A stretch of 64,000 nt of DNA, taken from assembly GCA_036172245.1 (NCBI GenBank), contig JAYWIR010000039.1:992001-1056000 (forward strand), in the 5' to 3' direction. Source of the stretch: Raillietiella orientalis (Eukaryota). The stretch's first letter is position 1, and each line of letters opens with the position of its first letter. The notes under the pieces are model-generated. The model was not told the DNA's origin. It saw only the letters and a list, made by a program, of their open reading frames with translations, and searched no databases. This document shows, one piece after another, positions 11,144 to 23,063 of this stretch. A program made the translations under genes and the position numbers.

Positions 11144-12619
11144 AAAATAGACAGCGCGATGCATGAACTCAAATTTCTAAAATTTCAACTAAAATACCTG
11201 ACTAGGAAAACTTTACATAAATAAATACAAAAGCTCAGAATTCCGGAAAACTGACGTGTTCCATAGAGGAGATGATTTGCCGCCCGCAAAATCCAGCTTG
11301 CTTGAAAGAACGTTTCCGCTTTCCTCGTTTGATGGAGGAACCGACAATACCCTGCTGAACGCACCAAAATGTTTTAAGAGAGGAAAGCGTGCGTTTTCGA
11401 GACCGATAGTGTGGCAGGCACGGAAAAAAACTTTCGTCAGCCGTTCCCAGGCAACAGATACACAGCAGCACGCACACCCGTGCCCTCCAAAGCACGACAC
11501 GGAACGCCGGTCGCCACCAGTCGACAATCTGGAAGGTTCGGCACCCCAGGAAGACTTCCTCCGAGATGCGAGGGACAGCTTGCCGGGGCATCCCTCGGGG
11601 AAGCTGGACAACCGAAGAGCTTTTCACACACGCCCGTGTCCAACTTGGCCGTACACTTTCCGTCCCCTACACGCGAGGGAGCACGTCTTTCGAACGAAGC
11701 ATGCGGATAGGTGCAGCATCCGGGCTTGGGGGTTCGAAGCAGCCGCAAAGCACGCGGTCGGAGGGAGGCTGGGAAGGTGAACAGCTGATCAGCCTCGACG
11801 CAGCATCCCGTCGCTCTCTTTTTCTCGGCAAGGCAGTGATGGCAACCGCAGGCGGGTAACCGCTTCTTCGCGCAGTGAGGCCTCCGGCGGCAGCGGAACG
11901 TCTCGACGGGGCAATCCGCCCACGCTTGGCTCTTGCAGAGATCCCTCCGAAAGCGTTTCCCGAGAAGCGGCTCGGAGGAGGGAGGGAGCTCACGTGGTTA
12001 CCAGAGTTTGATCCCAACTGACATTTTTCCATCGGTGTTTGTGTAAGAGAACCCGTGACACGACTGTTTGTACGACAGTCGTGAAACAGATCAAATCAAA
12101 CACTCCATGGTGAGTCCATATGTTTGAAAAACTTGATTTCACGGAAGCATTCGTGTATTACGGTTGTGTGCAGCGTACACTCCTACTTGAATACACGTAG
12201 TTGTGATCTATTATAAAGCGAATTTTCCTAATGATAACTGTAATATGTAGTTGTATTTTGCTGAATAATGTGTATATAGATCTATAAAATTAAAGTAACT
12301 TGAAATTCTTGCCAAAAGAATAGGGGATCTTGTTGAACCCCGAAAAAAGAAGGAGCTGAAGAAGCTGAATTCAAAAGAGTTTGAGAAAATAAAAGGAGAA
12401 TCTTGAAAATAGCACCACCCTTCTTGTTCACTAATTATTTAATGTATGCGCAGTCTATACGGACGTATGTGTAACGCACCTTAGAAGTTCAAGATGAGCA
12501 CACTTTGCTTTTCCGTAGGAAAAGAATTATATCCTACGAACGACACAACTTTGTGTCCACATCTTTAAGAAGTTGATATTGTTTGTTTGTTTTTTTCTTT
12601 CTGAGAAAAAAAAAAAAAA

Positions 12620-13214
12620 TCATTTTGTATACACCATCTGTTTGGATTCAAGTAGAGGTGTATGCTGAGCACGACCACGAAACACCAATTGCTCCCGTGA
12701 GGTCTTGCAAACACGTGGATGCACCCCCAGATGCTTCTTCAGACCGTGCTTACGAGAAACTGGTCCAGGCCCATAGGAAAAACGTCTCGCATCTCTGGCA
12801 CGAAATTGGGGCAAGCACACAGCAACGACCGTGAACTTGAAATTTTCTCACCTTCACACTGACAACTTGAACAAAAGCATGAATATGTGAAACATCTGGT
12901 AAGCTTTCCGTTTATGCCCACACACAAGTTTTTGCCTTCGAACTGAAGTTTGTAAAGAATTTGGCTCACTTCATGGCGTGGAGCATTTTTCCAAACATGT
13001 CGACAGTTTCCGGAAGAATCCCTTTCACAGCATTTAAATGAACGAAATCCAGTGTCTCGCATTTCTCACTGGATTTTTCCTGATATTTGGATGTTGGATA
13101 TATAGGCATCCCGTGGAAATTAAAATACGTTGACGAAAAGTCATGGGACACGCCACTCTTCATCGGGCACCGTTTACACATTCGGTCAGTTTGCCCGGGG
13201 CCGCAAACAGTCAC
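12620..13214 (-). CDS. 3' part of an unidentified multi-exon gene (5' end unresolved)
   Basis: Four phase-consistent exons (..-12970, 12895-12852, 12794-12754, 12703-12620) joined by 74-, 57- and 50-nt GT-AG introns. They give ...LDFVHLNAVKGILPETVDMFGKMLHAMK|CFTYSCFCSSCQCEE|MRDVFPMGLDQFL|TSREQLVFRGRAQHTPLLESKQMVYTK*. More exon-like segments lie at 13.2-14.9 kb. Confidence 0.6.
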
Positions 13215-14932
13215 ACTTCTGATAGATTCCGGAGGAGCACAGACCCAAGAAACGGATCACACAAGAAAGACTCAAACGATTTCCCCGCCAAGTCGGAGGG
13301 GAAATGCTGTGGCTAAGTCAGGGATTCCACGTACATGCTTCTAGAAGCTAGTGAATGTCCGCGACGGAAGATAACCCCAAGGAATTAGGGGAACAAGAAA
13401 CGCAATGTAATTCGAAAACGTAGGACAAACAAAGAGAAAAAATGCGATAACTTATCAACAGACCCTTCCTCAAAAGACTGCAGAACAAGTTCCGACAGAG
13501 TAGTGATCTGCTCGTAGGAAACCTTTCCTTCAGAGTCGCTGCAGTCCCAACAGCAAAACGCAGAAAGCAAAAGAACACTGCCTTTGGTGAAGGATTCTGG
13601 TCGCATGCCAGCTGCACGAGAAGCATTAATGCGCATTTGAGTAGGTACTAACTATTCATAATTTGGCCTACAAAAGGGATCGTGAATCGGTACGAAGAAA
13701 AAAAAAAAGAAAAAAAAAAAAGAGCGAGGGAGCGGATTTTCCGTTGCGCCTACCGCCTAAGAAGCAATGGAATCATGGCGAGCAACCCTTTGTTTGTCTT
13801 AAAATGTCACTTGCCCAGCCAGATGATCCAAAGCAATCTTTATGGAGGGGAAAGCAATCGACACAATCGAGAACAGGATGAGCAGCGACTGATGAAGTCA
13901 AAACGATAAACGTATTTTCCAGAACCTCCCATAGGTTCTGGACAAAAAAGGAAAGAGCAAGTGTAGGCTGCAACATACCCAGTTAGAAGAAGCCATGGGC
14001 TGCTTCGAAGATGGGTACACTATAGCTGATGAAAACGGAGGTAATAAAAATGTGTTCCTAACATGACAATCTGTGAAACGAGAACTCCAAGAAATAGTAG
14101 TAACGGGGAGGACCTGCTGGTGGCTACTGCAGACTAAGGAAACCTAAAGCGAATATTATTGAAAAATAACCTGGAAATCTAAAGAAAACAAAATCTCAGA
14201 CCGATAACTTTCCCTCAACTAAGACAAATGCGGCAACTGGAACATGAAACAGTTGCGGAAATGATGGCGATCACCAAATGTTCCACAACCTCACGGAATG
14301 TCGTCAACCTAATGGGGATCCTCATGCAGTCAGATAGCTCTTTCACGGATGAACATGCAGGAGCTGGGCTGCACCTTCTGAATTCTGCCTTGGCTTTTTA
14401 AACTTCCGAGTGTTGCTGCGAAAGACTGCGGCACAATGGATGCTGATCCCCACTCTTTTGTCAAAAGCATAATTTCCTCAATTTCTCAGCATACGATCAA
14501 CACACTCTTGCTTGTGTGAGCCATGCAATCAGCACAGGCAGAGAATCAAAATGCTTCGTTTCTGCTCTTTGTTTTGTTTTTTTAACGAGCAAGATCCATC
14601 TGTTCGTAAAAAGTGGAAAACCATAACCAAATTTACATACAATGTCTTGCAAACACTGTCGAACTGCATACCCCTTTGTATTAACCAAAAAATTTATTTT
14701 TCACGTGTGACATCATAGTAGATGTGCTGCAAAGTCTTTACTTATTGGTATGCTCAAGCTGTGGTGGCAATTTGCTTCATTATAGTGCATAGCTGTTAAC
14801 AACAGACAGAAAATACTGGGGATAAGTCAAAGAATTTTACTGACTCAGGATGCTCCTCTAAAAAACTTGAACTGATCTCGCCAACCGCAAACATTGCAAG
14901 TAATTTGAATAACATCAGAATGGACACTTCTA

Positions 14933-17900
14933 TTAGAGAATAGCAGTTATCAATTCCTGCATTCTAAGTTTCTCTTGGTCACTCTTGCACTTTGTTGACA
15001 ATTTGTTTAAATGATGTTGTTGAAATTCCTAGAAAGAAAAATTAATGGCTGATAGCCATTATCTTTTGATGAAAGTTTCACACATGCACATATGTGTTAT
15101 ATACACCTAAGAGAAATAAATGAAATAAAAAAAATTGTTAAAAGTACAGAAGTGTCTTGGACACACCAATTTCAAATGAATTCAAAGGGATACTGACAAC
15201 ATCAGTACTTACCAGGACAAATTTATAGCAGTGCAAAAGTGTGGCACCCATGTAAAGGGTGCGAACTGATACTTGCTCACCAGCTATCTGTTTAATAAAA
15301 GGAAGAGATGATCCCAATAGTTTGCGATTGTCGTGAAGTACTCTTACCAAAGCAAGACGTGTGTACGGATTACAATACCTTACTGCAAGTTTGATTAAAA
15401 CCAATCCGAATACACTGCCTAACCTTCTAATCTGTTTTTAACCGAGCCCACACCATAGTCACCATGTATTCTCTTAACTACATCGAGAATGACGCTCTTC
15501 AACTGCTCTTGGGTCACATTCAGTGGAGCAAGAGTGTTGCATTTCACGTCAGAGCAAAGTTGAATAACAAAATATCTGGAAATACAGCAGAAAATAATTG
15601 CACATAATGGAAGATTCCATGACTGCAAAACACGAAAGGCACAACTCAACGAATGTTTCAGGATGAGCTCACACGAGATCACCACTGTAAAGACAGCACA
15701 CCATTTATTCTGCCGGAGGCATGCTTAGACATCGTTCCTTCGTTATCTACTGGTTCAGCACACCTTTTGTAAATCGTAAACAAACATGCAAATTATCATT
15801 TACTTTCTGTAAACAAAGAGTGAACTGCTCTGAGTAGCATACATCCCCAAAGGAACTTTCTGTCGGCACAGTGGCAAAGTGCATGCAACACTCGCAACAG
15901 CAACTTCACCTTTCCTTTCCTAACATGGCCTTCATGGGATCGGGGTCAATTTCCCCTGGTTACCACTATACGTACACTGAACAGCTGTACGGAATTTTTT
16001 GGAAACTTCACGATCTTACTGAACTTCAGTGGATTTCGATAATTACAACTGTGCACCATTATTTTCTTGGAAGTTACTCTTCGAATGGAACAAACAACCA
16101 ACAAAGTCATTTTCTGTTTTTAGTTCTTTTTAAAAGCCACAAGCTCCATTCCTCAATTTCTGCTGGATTCACGTCTTCTGATCAGAAGGCATTCCGATGC
16201 GGACTGATGCATTGAAATGCAAGTAGACGGTCCTCAGCTACTAGTCCACAAATCTTTTCCACAGACTTTCGAAATCCTGTTGAAGTTGAAAGTTGGGATG
16301 CTTCCTAATAGGTTTTTGCCTTCAATATCCATAGTGACTGTCCGAATAAGATTCAGATCCGTGACATGATCGCAAGTGTCGTATGTGGTGGCAAGAACAA
16401 CTTTGTCAAATTACAGTTACTTTCGAGGTCACGGATCAATGCAGCAAGCACAATAAATGCCTAATTCTTACAAATGGGAAGATAAGGGAAACCGGGAAAC
16501 TAAGTTCATACATTTCCTAAACATCGACTTCAATTCGCTATCCGATAATAAAAACGCTCGAACCAAGATTTCGAACAAACCCGCTATTTCCCCTCAGAGT
16601 GTTACTACAATTTTACATACTTCCATTAACTAGCATGCCGCATTTAATAACTTCGTCATAAAGAATGAATCCCCCCCCCCCACAAATGAATACCATGCTA
16701 AGTTAAACAAAAAATGCAAATCCTAACAGTCTAAACCAGGCATTAGGAAATCAAGCTCAAACCTAACTCAGAATCCTTTGACCTACTATACAAGACAGGA
16801 AAGTTTTCCTTGCAATTCCTTCTCAATCCCTGCACTAATGATCACTGACAGTAATACATGAATTCATTTTCTGGGATGTGTTTTGATTGTTTGATTAGCT
16901 ATATCATACACTTTTTTCATGCCTGAAAGATCATTAATGAGTGCTTGGCACATTCTTAAAAAAAAAATTCCCATCTTCTTCAGCATCATATAAAAACACA
17001 ATCTTTACTGCAAAGTGAGATGATGGAATAATTTTGCATTTGGAATACAATGACTGTTATGGTACATAACACTACTGAACAGATTTATTAGAATATCATT
17101 TATCAGAATCTGACTTCACTTACCAAACTTGAACTCTCTAATTTCAGAACCCAACAGTCTTTTGGGAACACACAGAACCCTGTGATAAAAGTCTAGCCTT
17201 TGAAAGGAGAAATCTCCTTAACCTATTACAAACAACAGTCTAATTAAGCAACACTCTCTATAGTTAATCATAATGCAACCCACTATACTAGTGCAATAGG
17301 TTGCAACATGCTAAGTAGTAATTTCTTTTGTTATTGCATTTGATACTGGCCAAATTTCCTTTGAAGAAGGATATATTCTTTATCTCTGTTAATAATTATC
17401 AGTATTATTTACTTGCAAAATTTATCACCCTTTCTTGTTTAATAAAATTATTAATGTATGGTTGAAATCTGCTTTGGATGAAAGATGCTAAATTTACAGC
17501 AATTGCAGTTTTTCAATAATTTCATGAAAATATCAATTTCAGAACTAGTGATTTCCCAACTTCTAAGCTGAATTAATAAAGCTATAAATTCATTTACATA
17601 GTCTTTTGACTTTTTTTGTAGAAAAAAGTGATGACTTGACACATGATTGGTAAAGCAATGTCAATAAGCTTGAATTATTAACTCATGATTATTCGTTTTT
17701 ATATTTCATGTTTCAGTCCATGTCATTAGCATTTTACATACCAAAATGCTAAACATACACTAATTACTTACTGATGCTTTCATTCTTCAAACTGCTACAA
17801 TTTAGTACTATGCAGTACAGTAATTGCATAACTCATGTGAAACACTGTCAGGTAAAATGTATTTATCTATCTCCATTTAAGACTCAAATCTTTCTCACAA

Positions 17901-19322
17901 GCATATTGGATAAACTTGTATTAAATTGGCAGTGAATAAAAAGATGCTGTGATTTTTTGACCCAATAGCCATTTTTGTGGATTCATTAATCATTATGCAT
18001 TTTAATGCTCGCAAAATTATTGAATCATTTCCCAAATGGAAATTTATCATAACACAAATCACTACTGCTCTGTACAAGTTGGTAAAATTGCACATTTATT
18101 GAAAATATGGAAATGCAATTTCAAATCATTCCTAACATTTACTTTTCTTACTTACTTTAGAACTATTCACATAATCATAAATTAAATTATCCAGAGATTG
18201 TTAAACACTAAATTATTCTGAAAACTCTATTCTTTCAAATAATGACTGTATCATTATACGTTATCATTATTTAAAAAAATAAGAGAAATGAAAAGATACA
18301 TAAAGAAACATATCTTTCTATTTGGATTTACTGATCAAATCACTGAAATCACTAAAGAATCTTCACTACAATACTTTCAATTTAATTTGTTAGCAGTTTT
18401 TATGTAATTCACCAATAATGCTGCAATTTCTCATGTCAGCCATTGCTAAATTTAGACACTATTACACAAGATTTCTTTGCTAATTTTTGATGAACAGCCA
18501 TACACATATCACTTCGAAGTCTAAGCTAAAGCTAAAGTCACTTAGTTAGGATTCCTTAATACACTAGTTTGCAATTTCCTTAATACAATAGTTTTCTAGT
18601 TTCCATGTTTGAAATTTATGATACAAATATTCTGGCATCAATTTATGATTTCTAAGATTTTAAGGTTTTGATGTTAGTATAGAATTTATCATTAATCGAA
18701 CTCGAAAATAGTCTAATCTGAATATAACTTGGGCTTAGAGATTGCGTTCACACATTCATCAGCCAAAGTTGCACACTAAACCGAGAAATTCAAAAACGCA
18801 CGTATAAGCGAAATTTGATTTAAGTACAGTTTGTGATTCTGAGAAGTGTTTTTAAGTGACGGGATCGTATTTCATTTTCCAAACTAATAAGCATAAAATC
18901 TAGGATAGTAAAAAAATCATTCGACAAAGTGCTGCACTATCAAATCGGCTCAATTCTGTATTATAAGGCAAACACATAATATTAATCAATAGGTTTTCTT
19001 GAAATTAAATCATACATAAAATAATTAGTTCAGTACTTTCATACATTTCTATACTGGAGTCTCAAACTTTTGTGATACAAAGTGCATCAAAACAAATCAA
19101 GTTGATCAGTTTCTTGCTCTAATTCAGTAACCATGACTTTCATAACTTATGAATAAGGAAGCCACATTGAAACAATATTCTGGCAGGAAAAAAAATTCGA
19201 GACATGAGTGCATAGTTCAAGATATCGACTACATTCACCAATCAACTACGGTTTGCTCATATACTTGCCAACATCTTTCAATAAATTTACTACTAAAATT
19301 ACCTATGTTTTATTCGGACCAT
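14933..19322 (-). CDS. POP5: Ribonuclease P/MRP subunit POP5, 145 aa
   Basis: Exons 19322-19303 (MVRIKH-R), 15575-15424 (YFVIQL...RIHGDYGVG), 15382-15213 (VRYCNPYT...SSLPFI...TLYMGATLLHCYKFVL) and 15028-14933. Introns are 3727, 41 and 184 nt, all GT-AG and in phase. Confidence 0.9.
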
Positions 19323-19514
19323 CACCCTTTACTCTTTATGAGTTTTCTGTACAACATGCGAATGCTCATCTGTTCACTTGAATACGCATGCATGCGGCAT
19401 CCTGCAAACACTGAGTTTACCAATGCAAAATATCTTTATAAAATATTTTACAAAACATTAAGGTAATTTTTTTTATTTTACAGGAGATATTCACAAACTC
19501 TTTGTACATGTAAA

Positions 19515-19620
19515 ATGACAATAATGGAAAATGTAGAACAAGGCATCGTAAAAGTTAAAAATGATGGGGAAAACTCGAAATCTCCACATCCGCTATCGTT
19601 TAAAAAGAAGTTTTCAACTG
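19515..19620 (+). CDS. Possible first coding exon of an unidentified gene antisense to the POP5 5' region
   Basis: ATG-initiated 35-codon frame MTIMENVEQGIVKVKNDGENSKSPHPLSFKKKFST ending at a strong donor G|GTAAGA, preceded by the acceptor ttttacag at 19483. Downstream partner uncertain (19683, or the 20040-20408 ORF). Confidence 0.3.
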
Positions 19621-21719
19621 GTAAGATCAATTTTATGATAGCCGTCTCCTATGTAAGGACATGCTCTTTCGTTTGATAACAGGTTATCCATACAGATAGT
19701 GACCAGTGATCAGCACTTTTCATTCTTTATCATATAAAACATACCATTGAATAGTGGCTTAAAAACCATACCTTGAATGATTAGTTGCACCAGAAAATCA
19801 ATATCATGTAAAAATACCTTAATAATTTTTAATAATTTATTATCATAATAATTATGAATTGTTTAAAAATACACGTTATGATAATAATTGGAATAATAAT
19901 TGCTCATCTTATTAAACAACATTAAGATACCAAAACTACTATTCTAGACCTATGTTCGTAATTTTATTGCAAAATATTAATTGCTGAGCGTACATTTTAG
20001 AAACCTCCCAATAGATTTTTTTTTTGGTATCGGAACAATATGCAAATTTGGCTGAATACAAGATTTTCTCATCTGTCAATCGAGAAAATACTGCAAAAAT
20101 ATGGCACTAGTTTTTCACCTGGTTATGCCCGGAGGTTTGTCGAAACAAACATACATGCACGCATACACAAAGAAAAAAGCAAGCTTCTTCCTATAATGCT
20201 TCTGAGAACGGAAGTGTCCATGCAGGTTTTCAGCCAGGAGGGCTGGGAGCACGAAGAGACAGCGACAATAAATAAATTAAATAAAAATATACATGTTGGT
20301 GGGGATGCCAGCGAGAGCAAACTGAAAGTCAAGTCCGGGTTCGAAGCTCCAGAGAGGAGAACGCGAGCATTCTGCATTCTGGACGTCTCTTGGTCCACAT
20401 ATGAGTAATCATCAGTAGCAATGGAAGAGGCCTGTTGGGTGAAGGAGTACGAGCATCGAAAGCTTCTTCGCTTAACCGCTACTGTAAGGGGAAAAGATTG
20501 CTGAATCTCTAGGATCTTGAGAGCGGGCAAATCCAAGAGTGTTGAGGGAATTCACGATTACCAAGAAACGGCCTGAGCAAAACACTGGAGTCCGTTCTAC
20601 GCAGGAGGAGGAGACGAACAGATGTGTCCACATAGATTTGGGAGACAACCAGCTCTTCTGCGGAGTCATAAATAGTCCTCCCAGAGTACTATATCCTGAA
20701 CCTACACACACATGAAGTGGTTCGCATAATACTGCTATGGTAAGAGAAGGACAAGTAAGCTGCCAAAGTATGATAGTGAAGAGTATTGTCATAATAGTCA
20801 GATTTTTATATTAAAAAAATTTGCATTGTTCATATTTAACAAAAATTCTTATCATTCCATATGTTTTTTCACATTAGCAAACATTTATTCTTATCGAAGG
20901 CTGAAGAATGCTAAGGCAAAGACGTGAGAAAAAATACTACTTTTGCACTAGAATTTCAAAACATCCATGAAACAAGAAAAAATCCACAAAAGGATAAACA
21001 TGTCATTGATTAATGCTGAAATAACCTTTAAAATAGATCCACGAATGCTTTATATATAATTTTTAATTTTCCTAAAGCAACCTCAAGATTTAACATTTAT
21101 CAAACACATCTGTAAATTACTCAGTATTCAGTAAATGCATTTTTCTATTTAAATTTTCAAAGTTTTCATTTGTTTGCAGTGGTCTCCTCATACGCTTATC
21201 TAGAGATGAGAAAAACATTTACTAAAGAGAATAGCTCCATTTCATTCTTAAAGAATGAGAAAGGCTGAATATCTCATACAGTTTTCTTTCTACTAGAGTG
21301 CTTACTTCATCTGAGCAATATACAGGGAAACAACTTTTGTTACAATCAGCAACTGATAATTAAATATATTAACTTTGGTTCTCGATTGCCTTTGTTTTGA
21401 AAAGCATACTTGAAATGTGAATCTTAGGTCAAAATTCTTCATATAGAACCTTTTATTTATTCTTATTCAATTTTTATTTATTTTATTTATGTCAATGAAC
21501 TTTCACATGTATTCGTGAAAGTTTTATTACCCAAGCACGAATAGCATGGGTATTTCTTAATCAATAAAACATGCCTAAGTACAATAGACGCACATTTATA
21601 GAAAAAACTTCATTTTATTCATTTCTTTTCAGTCATTTGTGTTTATGAATGCTCTTGAAAATGTGATATTTTAAATCATGAAACTAATACTTAAAGAGGA
21701 ATCAAAGAATACGAATCTT

Positions 21720-21915
21720 ACCAATTCTGGGAAACCAAATGTACGGTTTTGAATTTGTATTATGAAAAATCATGTGGTGCCACTGCGGTGCTGGCGAACT
21801 GTGGGAAAATGTGCGTGGTGTTTGAATTTTGCAATACTTGAGTGCATCCCAAAGAACTAATGTTAGATGACCGATTTATTTATTAAGAATAGTATTTGGT
21901 TTAGTGCCTGTAAGT
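21720..21915. promoter_or_regulatory. Candidate bidirectional promoter / non-coding first exons for POP5 and CCDC86
   Basis: Local CpG-containing patch near where strand skew appears to flip (A/C-rich to the left, T/G-rich to the right). Outward-facing donors: minus GTAAGA at 21721, plus GTAAGT at 21910. Confidence 0.3.
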
Positions 21916-23020
21916 TTGTGCATTTTGATAGATTATAATTTAAGGATCAAAATTTCAATCTTTGCGGTACAGCTATATTGTGAATTTTTTAAAATTGTTG
22001 ACTTTTTGTTGCATATACACATGAGTTTGTGAAGGCATTCAGTGACCGGATTTTTTCAGCAAATACAGTTTTCTTACTTAAATATGCGTGCCAATAAAAA
22101 ATTTGCTTTTTGATGACACCTTTGTTATTGTCAATCTCAAAAGAAAAATTATTATTTATACCAGGAAAATCCCAGTTTTCATTACGAATAGTTTTCGGTG
22201 ACATGAAATAGTACTGCCAACTTGTATTTGTTCAGGGAACTTGAAGCTTCATAAGAAACTTGGAAACTTATGGAATTATAATTTGGTTTATTAAAGCTAC
22301 TGCGTTACGTAACGGTATTTCTCCCTCTGTGAATTACGTTCAGAAAATTGTCAGAATTACGTTCAGTGGAAACCATAACTTTATTCAGTGCTCTTATGTC
22401 AAGTTCTTTTTTCTTATGTATTTCGCATGACTAAATTGCGTCACAAGTCCAAAATTGTTAAGTATTAGTGAAAATGAAACTTTGTTTACTGGATGCCCAA
22501 TTTTTTAATCATATTTATTTTTTAGTTATTAAACGTAAATAATAAACAACTTTTAAAATACCATGCTAACATGTGATTAAAATAAAAATGTCTCTAGTGC
22601 TTATCCATTGCTCAGAGTATTCATGCATTTTTAGATGTCATTTACTTTTATAGGTTTTCATTAATTAAAGTTGTCTGTTGGCTAGTGAGAAAGTTTTAGA
22701 AGCCCTTTGGAAAAGTTTTTCATTTTTAATGATTTTATCTTCAGTCTTTTTGTATTAACATTTAATTTTTTTATTTTCAAATTAATGTGGAATGTGTGTT
22801 TAACTTTCAAGTTCAGAAAGCAAGTTTGTATTGAAGTTTGCTTCTATCTCGCCTATGTATTGCATAATATGACCAAAGAATGCCATGAATTTCCAGTGAA
22901 TTGTCTTATGATGGGAAGAAAAATTTGGTGAAAAACTGATTCAAAAATATTCAAGAAAAACAAGGTAAATCCAAAGGTTTATCAAGATCTCTATACTCTT
23001 AGGGGTACTGAACAGTGGGT

Positions 23021-23063
23021 GTGTCTGCATTGTTACTAAGGGTGTCCGCATTGTTACTAAGGG
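23021..23063. repeat. 21-bp tandem duplication
   Basis: gtgtctgcattgttactaagg followed by gtgtccgcattgttactaagg. Confidence 0.85.

Larger units (their letters stand above)
9600..12050. promoter_or_regulatory. GC/CpG-rich block with G-runs, likely a promoter or 5' region
   Basis: Abrupt rise in GC and CpG relative to the AT-rich genes on either side. G-run clusters at ~9639-9662 and ~9857-9875. Strong tandem minus-strand donor GTAGGTGAGT at 10031-10022. Confidence 0.4.
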
